Positions 39,601 through 51,265 of a stretch of 64,000 nt of DNA are shown piece after piece; positions within the stretch are counted from its first letter, which is position 1; each line of letters opens with the position of its first letter. The notes beneath the pieces were generated by a model, which was given only the letters and a program-made list of their open reading frames with translations, searched no databases and was not told where the DNA came from. A program made the translations under genes and the position numbers. The DNA is from Okamejei kenojei (taxonomy: Eukaryota), in assembly GCA_035221665.1 (NCBI GenBank), contig CM069174.1, forward strand, positions 9,424,001-9,488,000, given 5' to 3'.

Positions 39601-39976
39601 ACTTATAAAATTCTTAAGGGGTTGGACAGGCTAGATGCAGGAAGATTGCTCCCGATGTTGGGGAAGTCCAGAACAAGGGGTCACAGCTTAAGGATAAGGG
39701 GGAAGTCTTTTGGGACCGAGATGAGAATTTTTGTTTTCACACAGAGAGTGGTGAATCTGTGGAATTCTCTGCCACAGAAAGTAGTTGAGGCCAGTTCATT
39801 GGCTATATTTAAGAGAGAGTTAGATGTGGCCCTTGTGGCTAAAGGGATCAGGGGGTATGGAGAGAAGGCAGGTACAGGATACTGAGTTGGATGATCAGCC
39901 ATGATCATATTGAATGGCGGTGCAGGCTCGAAGGGCCGAATGGCCTACTCCTGCACCTATTTTCTATGTTTCTATG
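39601..39976 (+). mobile_element. CR1-type LINE 3' fragment (young)
   Basis: TYKILKGLDRLDAGR...RTRGHSLRI...TQRVVNLWNSLP, ending in (ttctatgt)n. Confidence 0.9.
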
Positions 39977-40044
39977 TAACTCAGCGGGGACTAGGTCTCA
40001 CTGAGTTCCTCCAACATTTTGTGTCTGCCTTCGGTGTAAACCGG

Positions 40045-40255
40045 TGGAACAGCATCCCTCTTCCCATCAGAACTGCCCCCTCCATCGACTCCTTTAAGTC
40101 GAGACGAAAGACCCATCTGTATTCCCAAGCCTTTCTTGACGTCCCCTGAGCGAGGGCTATAAGTATGTAGTTTGTTTGTTATACCAATGTAAAGCACTTT
40201 GGCCAACGAGAGTTGTTTTTTAAATGTGCTATATAAATAAATATGACTTGACTTG
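40045..40255 (+). mobile_element. L2-type LINE 3' end
   Basis: WNSIPLPIRTAPSIDSFKSRRKTHLYSQAF resembles the L2 ORF2 C-terminus; (gactt)n tail. Confidence 0.75.
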
Positions 40256-40279
40256 CTCCTTCTTTCCCACACACAGGCT

Positions 40280-40830
40280 GACTGACCCGCTGGGCGTTTC
40301 TCGCCATTGTTTCCGCCGTGAGTTTAAACTGAGGAGAAGTCCGCGCCGCCCACTCGGCAGCCGGTTGCCATGGGGATGTTTTTACTCCGCGCCACGGAAT
40401 TGGACAGTTTGGAGGCGGAGAGGGACCAATGGTGCGGTTGCTTTTGCTTTTACGCACCGATTCAAGCGGCTGCGAGGCGGCGGAGGACGGCGGGCGGCGA
40501 CGGTAGCGCGGGCGGGCCCGGTCACAGCGGGCGGCGACGGTAGCGCGGGCCCGGTCACAGCGGGCGGCGACAGCGGTAGCGGGCAGCCGGTTGCACGGCA
40601 CGACGAGCTGTGAGGCTTGCAGCGGACGCCTCTGCCGGGGCTCGACGTGCTCGCCTCTGCCGTGACCCAAACCACTCAACACGAAGAAGAGAAGGAGCTT
40701 GAAACCGGAAAGAAACCTCACTTTACGAACGAAAAAGATAGCCTCGCCATGGCAGCGCCCTTCAGGAAAGCGAACCCTCCGAGTCCGGGGCCGGCGGCTC
40801 CCAGGTGAGGTGGAACAACAGCCCGTGGTT
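40280..40830. promoter_or_regulatory. CpG island / promoter of TROAP, possibly bidirectional
   Basis: The only strongly CpG-dense stretch in the window. Contains a GC box (40346), X-box-like GTTGCCATGGGGAT (40364-40377), CCAAT boxes (40399 inverted, 40426) and CHR-like TTTAAA (40323), TTCAAG (40461) and CTTGAA (40698). Confidence 0.8.
40749..40804 (+). CDS. TROAP: Tastin (trophinin-associated protein)-like, coding exon 1
   Basis: Strong Kozak gccATGg; MAAPFRKANPPSPGPAAP; donor AG|gtgagg, phase 2, matching the next exon. Confidence 0.75.
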
Positions 40831-41465
40831 CAAGTGGGCCTAGTTTGTCCCTCGGCATTGGGTTGTGTTGACATTTTAAAAAAAAGACAGATTTGGGATT
40901 ATTTTGCACCTTTCCCAACGTCAGAGTGTTCCCCAGAGCATTTAACAATCACACGAGTGCTTCAGAAATGTAGTCATGTTTTGAGATGTAAAGTACTGAA
41001 GGTTATTTGTGTGCAGCAAATTAACCACAAATGGCAGTGGGGAGATGACCAAATATAGTGTGTTTTTTAAATGTTTGTAATGGCTAGGACATCGTGTAGT
41101 TATCCTCTTGTTCTTAAACAATGTTGTGGGGATCTGTTGTGTACCCCCAAAAGAGTAAATGAGGCATCAGTTAAACATTTCATGCGATAGACTTCAAGAG
41201 TGCAGCGCTGCCTTAGTATTAGCACAAATGCAGTGTTTATATTTTAAGCTTGACATTTTGTTCTGGGACTCAAATACACCATCTCCCATACCAAGGTATT
41301 ATCAATCAAGTTGCAGCTGATATTGGACAAAAACGTTTTTAAAAATGGTACTATGATGGCTATTTAAGCAGGTATGTTGTACTTTCTCTCTGTAAAAAAA
41401 TTATATTGTCTTGACCCTTTCAGCAGCAGGTGGTTTCTACCACGAGCAAACCAGGTAGTAGCAAA

Positions 41466-41564
41466 GTAGTCAGAAGAAGGGTCTCGACCTGAAACGTCGC
41501 CTATCTCCTTCGCTCCTTAGATGCTGCTGCACCCGCTGAGTTTCTCCAGCTTTTTGTGTAACCC
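41466..41564 (+). mobile_element. Penelope-derived element with 15-bp TSD
   Basis: TSD ccaggtagtagcaaa at 41451-41465 and 41565-41579. Confidence 0.75.
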
Positions 41565-42315
41565 CCAGGTAGTAGCAAATATGGGTTGAAGCACATGATC
41601 TGTTAAATGGTCAAAAGAGGCACAAAGTACTCAGCAGGCCAGGCAGCATCTTTGGAGAACACAGATAGGCAACGTTTCAGATTGGGACCCTTCTTCAGAC
41701 TGATCTGAAACATTGCGTATCCATGTTTTCCAATGATGCAGTTCCTTGTGTCTTCATCTGCTAAATTATGTTTGGCATAGCTGAAGGTTGAGGACTTACC
41801 AGCCAGAAGAACTTTTCTTCTGAACCCATGCTGGTAGACCAGATAACATTGGCTTTCCTTCAACTAATGCTGAAGGAGCTCTTAACCCTTTATATAGGAC
41901 TTGGGTAGCATATGCTGTTGTAGACCTTGGTAGTGCAGCAGATGTTAAAATGTGTGTGGTGTGCAGTTTGATATTTGTGTGGCATATACAGAGAACATCT
42001 GGAATAGATTTTCAAAAGTACATGGATTGCACATATAGGGCAACTTGGAAAAAATATAGAAAGTTGTAACTCCTCAGCATGTTGGGCAGCATCTGTGGAG
42101 CAAGTAGCCGATGCAATTATGGGTCAATAAACTTTCATTTCATCCTCTGCAACAATTCTTAGTCATCAACCTCCATCTTGATTCATAGGTCTCCTGATTG
42201 TCTGGCAGCAGTAAACCATTTGTTGCCTGAAAAAAAAACACACTCATTTTGTTTTGGTATTGTGTGCTATGTGATTTGCCACAAAATAAGGATTTTTTTT
42301 CTGGTTTCTGGGCAG

Positions 42316-42517
42316 AAATACAAGTCTTGCTCACAAAGCTCGATCTGTAAAACTGACTGCGGCCAACAAAGAGAACTGTCCAGAGGAACCAGTGAGGCCA
42401 GAGAAAGGAGCTACCAAGCAAGGCAGCAGACTACCTGTGCCGGTGAAAAAGTTCAAAGTAAAATCTGTTCCAGACTTCAAAAAGTTGCATCAAAATTGGG
42501 ATCGTAATTTCCAGAAG
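42316..42517 (+). CDS. TROAP: Tastin-like coding exon
   Basis: Acceptor ctgggcag; NTSLAHKARSVKLTAANKENCPEEPVRPEKGATKQGSRLPVPVKKFKVKSVPDFKKLHQNWDRNFQK; donor gtaagg; phase 2 to 0. Confidence 0.85.
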
Positions 42518-43303
42518 GTAAGGCTTGCCTAATGGACATGTACTTCAGAGAATATGTTGATTCTGTGCAGAAGGGCTCTTTTCCCATTGACTGGAGATAA
42601 AGAGGCAGACAGGCAGGCCATGGTAATGATGTGATAGCAGTCTTTATTATAATCAAAGGTATTCACGGGGCAGCAATTGAAAGGAAGTTTTCACTTGCGA
42701 TTGAGAGCGGAACTGGCGGCTATATAATAATTGAAATTCTTTAGTTATCTTTACCCAGAGAATGTGAAAGGCATAGTTGAAATAAACAGCAAAGATGTAG
42801 TTAAGGGGAGATAAAGAAATGGGGAATCAAGGATATGCTGAGGGGCTGTCAGGAGGCTCATGTGAACTTTCAACACCAGCAGAGATCAGTTGGATCAATT
42901 GGGATGTTTCTGTGTTGGGACCTTTTTTACTGATTTGAAACTTGTTTTGATCACTGATAGTTCAGATAAAACTTTAAATGTATTTTACAATGACAAATTT
43001 AACCGAGTGGGCGTGCTCATTGGAATGACTTGCTGCACTTGATACCAATGCTTATGTACCAATCATAATAGTTCCTAGACAAAACCTTGTTGTATAATTA
43101 TAAGCAATCTTAGAAAAACTAAAGAATATTTAATTTAATGTAATTTTAGGCCATTGTGATTGTGGATTGCCACGTCTGAGATCAAATTGAATGTTTTTCT
43201 TTCTTGCTGAATGGCACTAAATTTAGTAAATGTATTGCCGGTCTTTGTCATTGTGTTCTGAAGATGGTTGATCACTACTTCTGAATTTTGTTTCTTATTC
43301 TAG

Positions 43304-43647
43304 AAACAAACGGCAGCCAAGAAAGCTTGCACCCGGCCAGTTCCATTTAATTTTGCAATGGCCAGAGGACCCAAATCAACTGAGCCCATGAGCACAAAGC
43401 AAGCAATCTGTGATGAGACGATAGTGCTGTCTTCGGCAGTAACCAAGGAAGGGCCCTTCGAATCTGAGGAAAGTTATCCAATGGGTAGCTATTGTGCAAT
43501 GGCAGATACAGATACAGCTGCAGGTGAAACAATACCTATCCCGGACCGATGCTCTGGTGAACTGCCGCACCAAGAGAAGCAAGACTTTGATCCTAGCATT
43601 TCAAGTTTAGAAATTGACTGGAGTGTGGCAGCTAAGAAAGAAAAACA
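43304..43647 (+). CDS. TROAP: Tastin-like coding exon
   Basis: ttattctag|KQTAAKKACTRPVPFNFAMARG...AAKKEK|gtaagt; phase 0 to 2. Confidence 0.85.
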
Positions 43648-44158
43648 GTAAGTAAAAAATAAACTCTCTCGGACATTCGCCAATTGTTAAAGAATGAAGC
43701 ATGTGGACAAAGAAACCATATACTAGAGAATGCTGTTGTGCAGATAGACTAAGCCAACACTTGCATGAAACACATTTAGTGTGCGGGTTTGGTTTAGTTT
43801 GTGTAGGAAGCATCTGCAGATGCTGGTTTACACCAAAGATAGACACAATGCTGGAGTAACTCAGCATCATAACAAGCAGCATCTCTGGATAGAAGGAATG
43901 GGTGATGTTTCAGCTCGAGACCCTTCTTCAGACTCATTTAGTTTAGAGATACAGCGTGGAAACGGGCCCACCAAGTCCGCGCCAAGTAGTGCAAACTATT
44001 ATAATCTCAATCATTCCTTACTGCTTGTTGTAGCTAAAGTTTATTTAAATGGACTGAGCTCCTGAATCACCAATAGCATTCAGTGATGTTGTGTTTTTCT
44101 CCCTTGTCTTTCAGTTTTATCCCTACAATATCATTCCATTATCTTTATTTTTCTTCAG

Positions 44159-44301
44159 GTTTGACCCTTGCCAAACAAGTTCAACTCCAAGTAAAACCAA
44201 GAACTCCGACATCCAGAATCCACCACAGGAGATCAAGCCTCCTTCAATGGTAAAAGAAAAAATGGATATCCCTCAGAATGTGACCATGACACCAAAAGCA
44301 G
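44159..44301 (+). CDS. TROAP: Tastin-like coding exon
   Basis: ttcttcag|FDPCQTSSTPSK...MTPKA|gtactt; phase 2 to 1. Confidence 0.75.
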
Positions 44302-45023
44302 GTACTTTGAGTAAATCCTTTGATAGAAGATGCATGGGGAGATGCAAGCACTCAACCTTTCATTTTAATTGGGGGGGCATGCACATGTGAGCCACTTGAC
44401 CCAGATATACAAAATGGTTGCGAGTTTGGCCTAGTCTCGAGACCACGTCTAACGCATGATTTTGGTAATGTGAAACAGAGTACTTGTTTTGCCCTTTTCC
44501 TAGTGTCGGTGGCAGTTGCTTTGTCACAAAGGACATTTTTCAATAAAAGATAGCAATTGCGTTTCCATTACTTGCATAAAAAGCCGAGATCTTACTTTGT
44601 GATCATTTCAGTTTCACTTTGCTTGATGGAAGACGAGCAATTTATCTTTGCTGGGGTAAATTACAGAGTGCTTGAGGTTAATGGTGTGTTGAAGTGTAGG
44701 ATCCAGACTTGTAGCAAATGTAAAGCTGGAGTAAAATTCTGAAGTTTCAGACTGCAAGTTAGTAATTGTGTTATCATTTAACATTATTTTAAATGCCAGG
44801 TTATAGATTGACTTGTCATTTCTAGTCTCGTAGCCTAAAATGTCCGAGCCTTCAAATTTTGGTTTAAAAATATAACTCGTTTTTTTTGGTCTGTAATTCT
44901 AATAAAATTCTTATCCACCCGGATATAAACTATCTATGTACTAGTTTCATTTGAGAGATTTGAATTTGAGATGACGGGCATGCTTACCACATAACTAACA
45001 AAGAATCCTAGTAGTAGCAGTTT

Positions 45024-45312
45024 GGTTTTAGTTTAGACATGCCACGTGGAAACAGACCCTAAGACCCACTGTGTCCGTCCCAACCAACGATCACCGGTAC
45101 ACACGTTATGTCCTACACACTAGAAACAATTTGCGGAACTAATTAACCTGCAAACCTGCACAACTTTGGAATGTGGGAGGAAACCGGAGCACCCGGAGAA
45201 AAGCCAAGCCCTCAAAAGGAGAACGTACAAACTCTGTACAGACAGAACCTGTTGTCAGGGTTGAACCTGGGTCTCTGACTGCAATAAGGCAGCAATTTTA
45301 CTGCTGTGCCAC
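45024..45312 (-). mobile_element. V-SINE (HE1-like)
   Basis: Reverse-strand V-domain and tail. Confidence 0.8.
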
Positions 45313-46734
45313 CCTTACGATTTCCATGAACTTCACTTTTTGCTTCATTTATGTACAGTCGAATTTGTAATATTTTGTGAGGTGCAAATATGACGGGGGC
45401 CGTTTCCATCAGGTTTTTCAAGTGCTTGTCTTCACTCCAAATTCCCATTGTTTACTTTTGCTCTTTGTGCAATTTGCCAAGCTAATCAGAATGTTCATTT
45501 AATATGGACTGTTGGCATCACTAGTAATATTTTTTGCGCCTACATTTTCTGCTAACACTCGCCTAGGCATCCTAATTCGCACTTGAGTAAAATGTCATTG
45601 AACTCGAGTCTTGCCCTTTATTTACAGCTGGCTCCTTGTTGCATCTGCAGATGTTACTGCTGGGGACTCTCGGCTCTCCCGATCCACTGATGATCTCAAA
45701 GTGGTAAAGGCCTGGTGCTGTATTGTACTGATGTCAATAGGTCTACTCTTGTTGTTGTATTTTTACTGGGGCCGAGATCTATATCTACATCACCTACAAT
45801 TAACTTTAAATCAGATCGCGAGTAGTTGGAAGGTGCTGATCCAGTCCAGAGACTCAGAACTTAATCTACGCTGATGGCTCTGTTCAGTGCTATGGAAATG
45901 TTTCACTTTTGGACGTGCTATCTACAGTGTGACATTAAACTAACTGTCATCGAGAATATAAGCTCCAAATAAATACTGGAATAATCTTTGGTGCCCTGGT
46001 CAATGTTTATCTCCCAACCGATGTTACTAAAAACACAACAGACCTCAGATGCTGGAATCTGGTGTGGGAAGACAAAGTGCTGGAAGAACTCAGTCGGCTA
46101 GGCAGCATCTGTGGAGGGAAAGGGACAGAAGACATTTCAGGTCGGGACCCTTGAGACTGATGATGCTCTCTGTCGATTTCCATCCACAGATGCTGCCTGG
46201 CCCGCTGAGCTCCTCCAGCAGTTTGTTTTATACACACTAAAACCTTTTGTGACACTAAAACCTTATGTGAATGTAATGTCAGTACTGTTTCAGGAAGCTT
46301 GCTGTATGCAAATTGGCTGCTGCATTTCCTGAGTTACAACATAATCTTCAAGTGCTTTATTCACCAGACAGCACAACGGATTTTTTTTTTTGTGCAAAGT
46401 TTCCTGCCGTGGGCACTGAACCATCTGCGATTTCTGATCTCCCTGTCCTTGAGGGGAATTTGCCGGTGAAATTTTGTACAAAGTTGTTGCTTGAAAAATG
46501 GCGCAAAAAGATTCATAAAGCCAATAATCGCTGGGATCTCGGAGGTGGTACACCGTGTTTGCTTGCAAGTTTTTTGCGTTCATAAACCATATGCAGGCCA
46601 ACTTCTGTAAATCAAAATTTGACTAATTGACTGCTTCAGAGGAGATATACAGTCTTGGCTGACACCTAACCCACAATCTCTGTACTTGCCCACTGGATAA
46701 GAGGGAATGTGCATTTATTTATTTTTAGTTGTAG

Positions 46735-47012
46735 AGTTACAGCGTGGAAACAGGCCCTTGGGCCCACCGAGTCTGTGGCGACCAGTGATCTCCCGTACAC
46801 TAGTTCTATCCTACACACTAGCGACAATTTACAGAGGCCAATTAGCCAACAACCTGCATGTCTTTGGAATGTGGAACAAGAGCACCCGGAGAAAACCCAC
46901 GTGATCACAGGGAGAACGTACAAGCTCTGTACAAACAGCACCGGTAGTCGGGATCAAAGCGGGTCTCTGGTGCTGTATGCCAGTAACTCTACTGCTGCGC
47001 CATCGTGCCGCC
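46735..47012 (-). mobile_element. V-SINE (HE1-like)
   Basis: Reverse-strand head, V-domain and tail. Confidence 0.8.
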
Positions 47013-47930
47013 CTCTCATTATATCCATGGGTGCAAACCTATTTGGTCACTGTATACAGGCTAAAGGTATTTAATCAGATAGGATTCACGCCAAAACCAA
47101 TTGACGTAGCACGGTACTGAACAAGACGATGCTCCGAAACAGATATTAAGCATGATGACACAAGGTTGGGCTCACCGCTTCGGAGCAGGAACCGCACCGT
47201 GTGCCACTGGATATCTATCTTGTTCTTGTAAATGCTTATCAAATCTCGGAGGTGTGAACTACTTTTACCTGGATATGCTGCTTGCCACATGCATGTCCCT
47301 TTATAGGATTTTCACATTTATTATGGAGTTCTCATTAATTCTGAATGAAGAGAGATTAGAGTTAGCTTTACCATTTTCTGTTAGCCACCTATATAGAAGC
47401 CTGCAAATTCATTCACGATAAAGGTATCTTGTATGCCTATTTTGCATGTGCTTAATCTGACCCTTTATCATGGGGATCGTAGCCATAACAAGAGATGGCA
47501 CAGAAGCATGCCCTTCAGCCCACGGAGTCCATGCCCAACCACTCATTTTACACTAATTCAATTTTTATACTGAAGATTCAGTTGCTCAGAAATTCCTTCC
47601 AGTGGAAGTTAATGCACACTGGACTTTTCCAAAACACAGACTTGAACGTATTTTTGATTCTCTCTATGATTATGTAGACGGATAGTTTAAGGATTTGATA
47701 TTTTGAACTACTGAACGACACGGGTTTCATATGGAAGGATGATTTTCATCGCGTGTCCATGCAGCTCTATGCATGAGCATCGTGACTGCCCCGTTCCCCG
47801 GCCCTCTCCTCCATTATTCCTTTTCTAACCTTGCGTACACTCGAGTACCGGCACTCTGCATGTTTAAAGTGGGGGGGGCAGTGTTTGCATTTGGCAGCAT
47901 TCAGAATAACTCTTTTCTATACAATTGTAG

Positions 47931-48095
47931 GCAATAGTGATGGAGATTTTGTGGGCAATCCAATGGCATTACAGAGCATCCTATCGAATGTTGGAATTGA
48001 TGCTTTTAGTATTATTAATAACAAACCCAGTCTGGCAAATGGAGTGTCTGTGAAAAAGAGCATCCAAAATCCTGAACAGGCTAACCTGAATCCAG
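47931..48095 (+). CDS. TROAP: Tastin-like coding exon (conserved FVxxPxALxxILS motif)
   Basis: NSDGDFVGNPMALQSILSNVGIDAFSIINNKPSLANGVSVKK resembles human tastin EFVADPAALATILSGEG...QPSLAKRVLVR (from memory); ag/gtattt sites; phase 1 to 1. Confidence 0.88.
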
Positions 48096-48217
48096 GTATT
48101 TTCCCTGCATTTTAAACAATTTTTGTATATTTCAAACCAGTAACATTGTTCATAATGGAAGCTGTGCCGAGACCGTGGCTCTAAGTTTCTTATTTTGTGT
48201 GGATTTTCTTAATGTAG

Positions 48218-48372
48218 GTAATAACAAAGGTATGGCACTGGGGAGTGCCAGCTCGACTGTTGATGGCAGGAATACTTTCAGCATCCTCTGTGGCAAAACT
48301 AGCATGATAAGTCAAGCCCCTGCGAAGAACAGTGTACTCCATTGCAAGTTTTCTGCGCAAAACCCTTTTATG
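48218..48372 (+). CDS. TROAP: Tastin-like coding exon
   Basis: aatgtag|NNKGMALGSASS...QNPFM|gtaggt; phase 1 to 0. Confidence 0.75.
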
Positions 48373-48684
48373 GTAGGTTATTTTGAAAAGAATGCTCAAG
48401 GTGTTTGCTGCAAAATTAAACTGCCTATATTTGTAAGCAGTTTATCTGTAGGCCTTTACCACAATTTATACTTGTTTCCAAATGCTATCTGGATTTATTA
48501 TCTCTTAAAGCACATTTTTTAGACGAGAGCTAAGTAATCTTTGTGTGCAATTTTGGTCGTAATTTTCCTATATCATGCTTTAATTCTGAGTTTGTTGCTA
48601 CTTTTGGCTCGTGTAAAATAACAAAGACTGACCTGTTGCGTGCGGTCCGGCTAGTACAGTGAGCAAGGATTCTTTGGAAAAGGT

Positions 48685-48975
48685 AGACACAAGGAACTGC
48701 AGATGCTGGTTTACAAAACTAAAGAGGCACAAAGTGCTGGAGCAACTCAGCAGGTCAGGCAGCATTTCTGGAGAACATGGATAGGCAATGTTTTAAGTCG
48801 GGACCCTTCTTTAACCTGATGATAGTAGGGGAATGAAAGCCCAGCAGTCCTTCCAGATGAGACAGAGGTTCACCTACATCTCCTGTAACCTTATCTACTG
48901 CATTCGATGCTCCTGATGTCTATTCTCCAGGCATGCTTCCTAACCTACTGAGTTCCTTCAGCATTTTGTGTCTCT
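48685..48975. mobile_element. Penelope-like element remnant with GIY-YIG endonuclease fragment
   Basis: Inverted terminal arms enclose 48845-48919 = QSFQMRQRFTYISCNLIYCIRCS*C, resembling the start of the PLE GIY-YIG domain. Confidence 0.7.
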
Positions 48976-50406
48976 CCCTGGGAAATGATACTTTGACTGA
49001 TTTGTGCAGGGGAAAAGATTTGCTATGAAGCACTTTGCTATACAGCGCCTTGAAGTGACGAGCAGTTCGCAAGTTACCGCGCATTGTTCCATCCACCGCA
49101 CTGCTGACAAAGAAGCACTGACCTTTGGGATAATAACTGTCGGAAGGCACAACCTAGAACATTGTGCAAACTACGATAAGCACCCACCTAGTTGCAGAGA
49201 CAACCGTGTCTCCAATCTTTGGAATTATCAATCCTTGGAACACGATGTGTCTTATTTTGCATTCAGGGGCATAGTGTTGCTCACATTCTCTTGTTGCGTG
49301 GCCCGATTCTGCCTATCAGACGACGGTGCTCCAACCCATATTTGTCAGGGGAACAGGTCATCTGCCAATTATCACATTCCTGTTTGCGGGACCTTGCTGT
49401 GTACAAATTACTGCTGTGTACTGGAATGCAGCAGTGACAGAGTTTTGCATGTTAGTTCAATGGCTATATAGTGCTTTTGGCCTTCCCAAGGTTGTAAATG
49501 GCACGTGCAAATAAATCGTAACCAATGAGTTTACATCTGTGCGATGGCCAAATGGTGAATGAGGGCAAATAATTCATCTCCGGTATATATATTGCTTTTT
49601 TTTTCCAAGTATGGAGATTTCAAGCAATGTGCTGTGTGAGTCTCTGAGCACGTTTGACTCCTGGATATGAAAAGTTAACTGTTTCCCTTTCCACAGATGA
49701 CCTGAGTATTCCCAGCACCTACCACTCATTGATTTGCACATTAGAATGCTGACTGACCCTCAAAAATTCAACTTGTCAGAGGAGTGTAATTGAATTACAG
49801 TTTGTTCCAGTTTATTTAACAACATTATGCCTCTGAGATTTTGAAAGGAGAAAATGTTGTTTTGCAGCATCATTGCCATTCTAAAGGCAATCCAAACCCT
49901 TCCATAATCCATGCGCTACTACTGAAGTGTAGTTATTACGTTAGGGAAATGTCTCGTGAATCATAATCCCTTATTGATCAGAGCTCATCATCACTCGCGT
50001 TGGCATGTGAAACCTTTACTGTGTTCACTCTATTTGTGAAAGTTATCTAGTGTTAGAATTGTCGTTTTTAAGATTGTCTGATCTAATTGTCATTTCAAAT
50101 ATGTATTCCCATCTACCTTCATCCTGTTTGCTTATCCAGTATCTATCTCCCATTCCCTTAAATATTCAAAGAAACTGTTCCACCAGCCATTTGAGGGAGA
50201 GAGTTCCAAAACCTCTCGACCTTGCACGAGGGAAAATAAATAGTGGGAAATTAAGCAGTGACTCCTGGTTGTTGGTTCTACAAGAGGAAACGTCCTCTCC
50301 AAATCTGCCCAGTGCAGGCTCCTGCCGATCTTTTGTGTGTTTCAATCGCTCCTCTGAACCATGTGAATACAGCCTAATTTGTTTAATTTTACCATTTATT
50401 TTGCAG

Positions 50407-50497
50407 ATTGGAAGATCATCCTATATGCCCTGTAATCTCCCTGCTCTCCCATTTGCCTTGGGCCGTGCTTCCTGCATTGCTAAACTAGATACCAAGG
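50407..50497 (+). CDS. TROAP: Tastin-like coding exon
   Basis: ttttgcag|IGRSSYMPCNLPALPFALGRASCIAKLDTK|gtaagc; phase 0 to 1. Confidence 0.75.
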
Positions 50498-50700
50498 GTA
50501 AGCTGCTGTACAGATATGTTTTAATCCACATACAAGACCTGGTAGAGCCGGCATGGAATGGGAAAGAGAGAGGAATTGTCGTGACATGATTAGTATCCAT
50601 GATATTTGTTCAGCCTTGTCCTTCTCCCATTTTGTCAATAGTTTTTGACCTATTCACCTGCATAGAACACAAAACTGGTGCACCAAACTCAACACTTTAA

Positions 50701-50861
50701 NNNNNNNNNNNNNNNNNNNNNNNNNNNNNNNNNNNNNNNNNNNNNNNNNNNNNNNNNNNNNNNNNNNNNNNNNNNNNNNNNNNNNNNNNNNNNNNNNNNN
50801 NNNNNNNNNNNNNNNNNNNNNNNNNNNNNNNNNNNNNNNNNNNNNNNNNNNNNNNNNNNNN
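50701..50861. other. Assembly gap (161 N)
   Basis: Run of N. Confidence 1.
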
Positions 50862-51057
50862 TTGCTATTTAATGCAATCATTAGACAGCCGTTGGCTTGT
50901 GTTCTACACTAAGCCATAGGAGGTGCCAAAGCAGTGTTTGATTGTGGAACAGCTGTGTTGTAGTCTAATGTGAGGAATGATTTCTATGTCGATAATATAT
51001 CGTATAATAGATAGGACATCTTTTTATGCTTGCCCTTCTTGTTGCTAGCACTTTGAT

Positions 51058-51265
51058 AGTTTAGTTGAGAGATACAGCGTGAAAACGGGCCTTTTGGCCC
51101 ACTGAGTCCGCACTGACCAGCGATCCCCGCACACGATCTCGGTGAAAACCCACGCAGATCACAGGGAGAACGTACAAACTCCGTACGGACAGCACCCATA
51201 GTCAGGATTGAACCCGGGTCTCTGGGGCTGTGAGGTGGCAACTCTACCGCTGCACCACTGTGCCA
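51058..51265 (-). mobile_element. V-SINE (HE1-like), internally deleted
   Basis: Reverse-strand head and V-domain. Confidence 0.8.

Larger units (their letters stand above)
2089..40307 (-). pseudogene. Putative decayed multi-exon gene with RGS-domain-like remnants (RGS22/RGSL-like), head-to-head with TROAP
   Basis: Minus-strand ATG exon MARNAQR|gtcagt (40307-40287) and a phase-compatible exon at 39476-39421. Scattered AG/GT-bounded segments contain in-frame stops and RGS-like peptides: CMENLQFY (~2950), VHLDSKSTR..AAQ (~2100-2175), DIY..YVNMP (~12400), AFEAAQRGLTRLL (~21700). Homology judged by eye only. Confidence 0.45.

Noticed and set aside
40179-40721. 180-aa minus-strand ORF
   Set aside because: Stop-poor GC-rich island with a tandem repeat, running into an L2 tail; only the MARNAQR segment has splice support.
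41424-41454. Extra TROAP exon after cagcagcag acceptors
   Set aside because: Lengths of 31, 28 or 25 nt break the frame between exons 1 and 2; the apparent donor is part of a TSD.
49004-49471. 155-aa intronic ORF
   Set aside because: No recognisable domain, overlaps a Deu-SINE fragment and is not needed by the exon chain.
50654-50881. ORFs spanning the N run
   Set aside because: Artefacts of the assembly gap.
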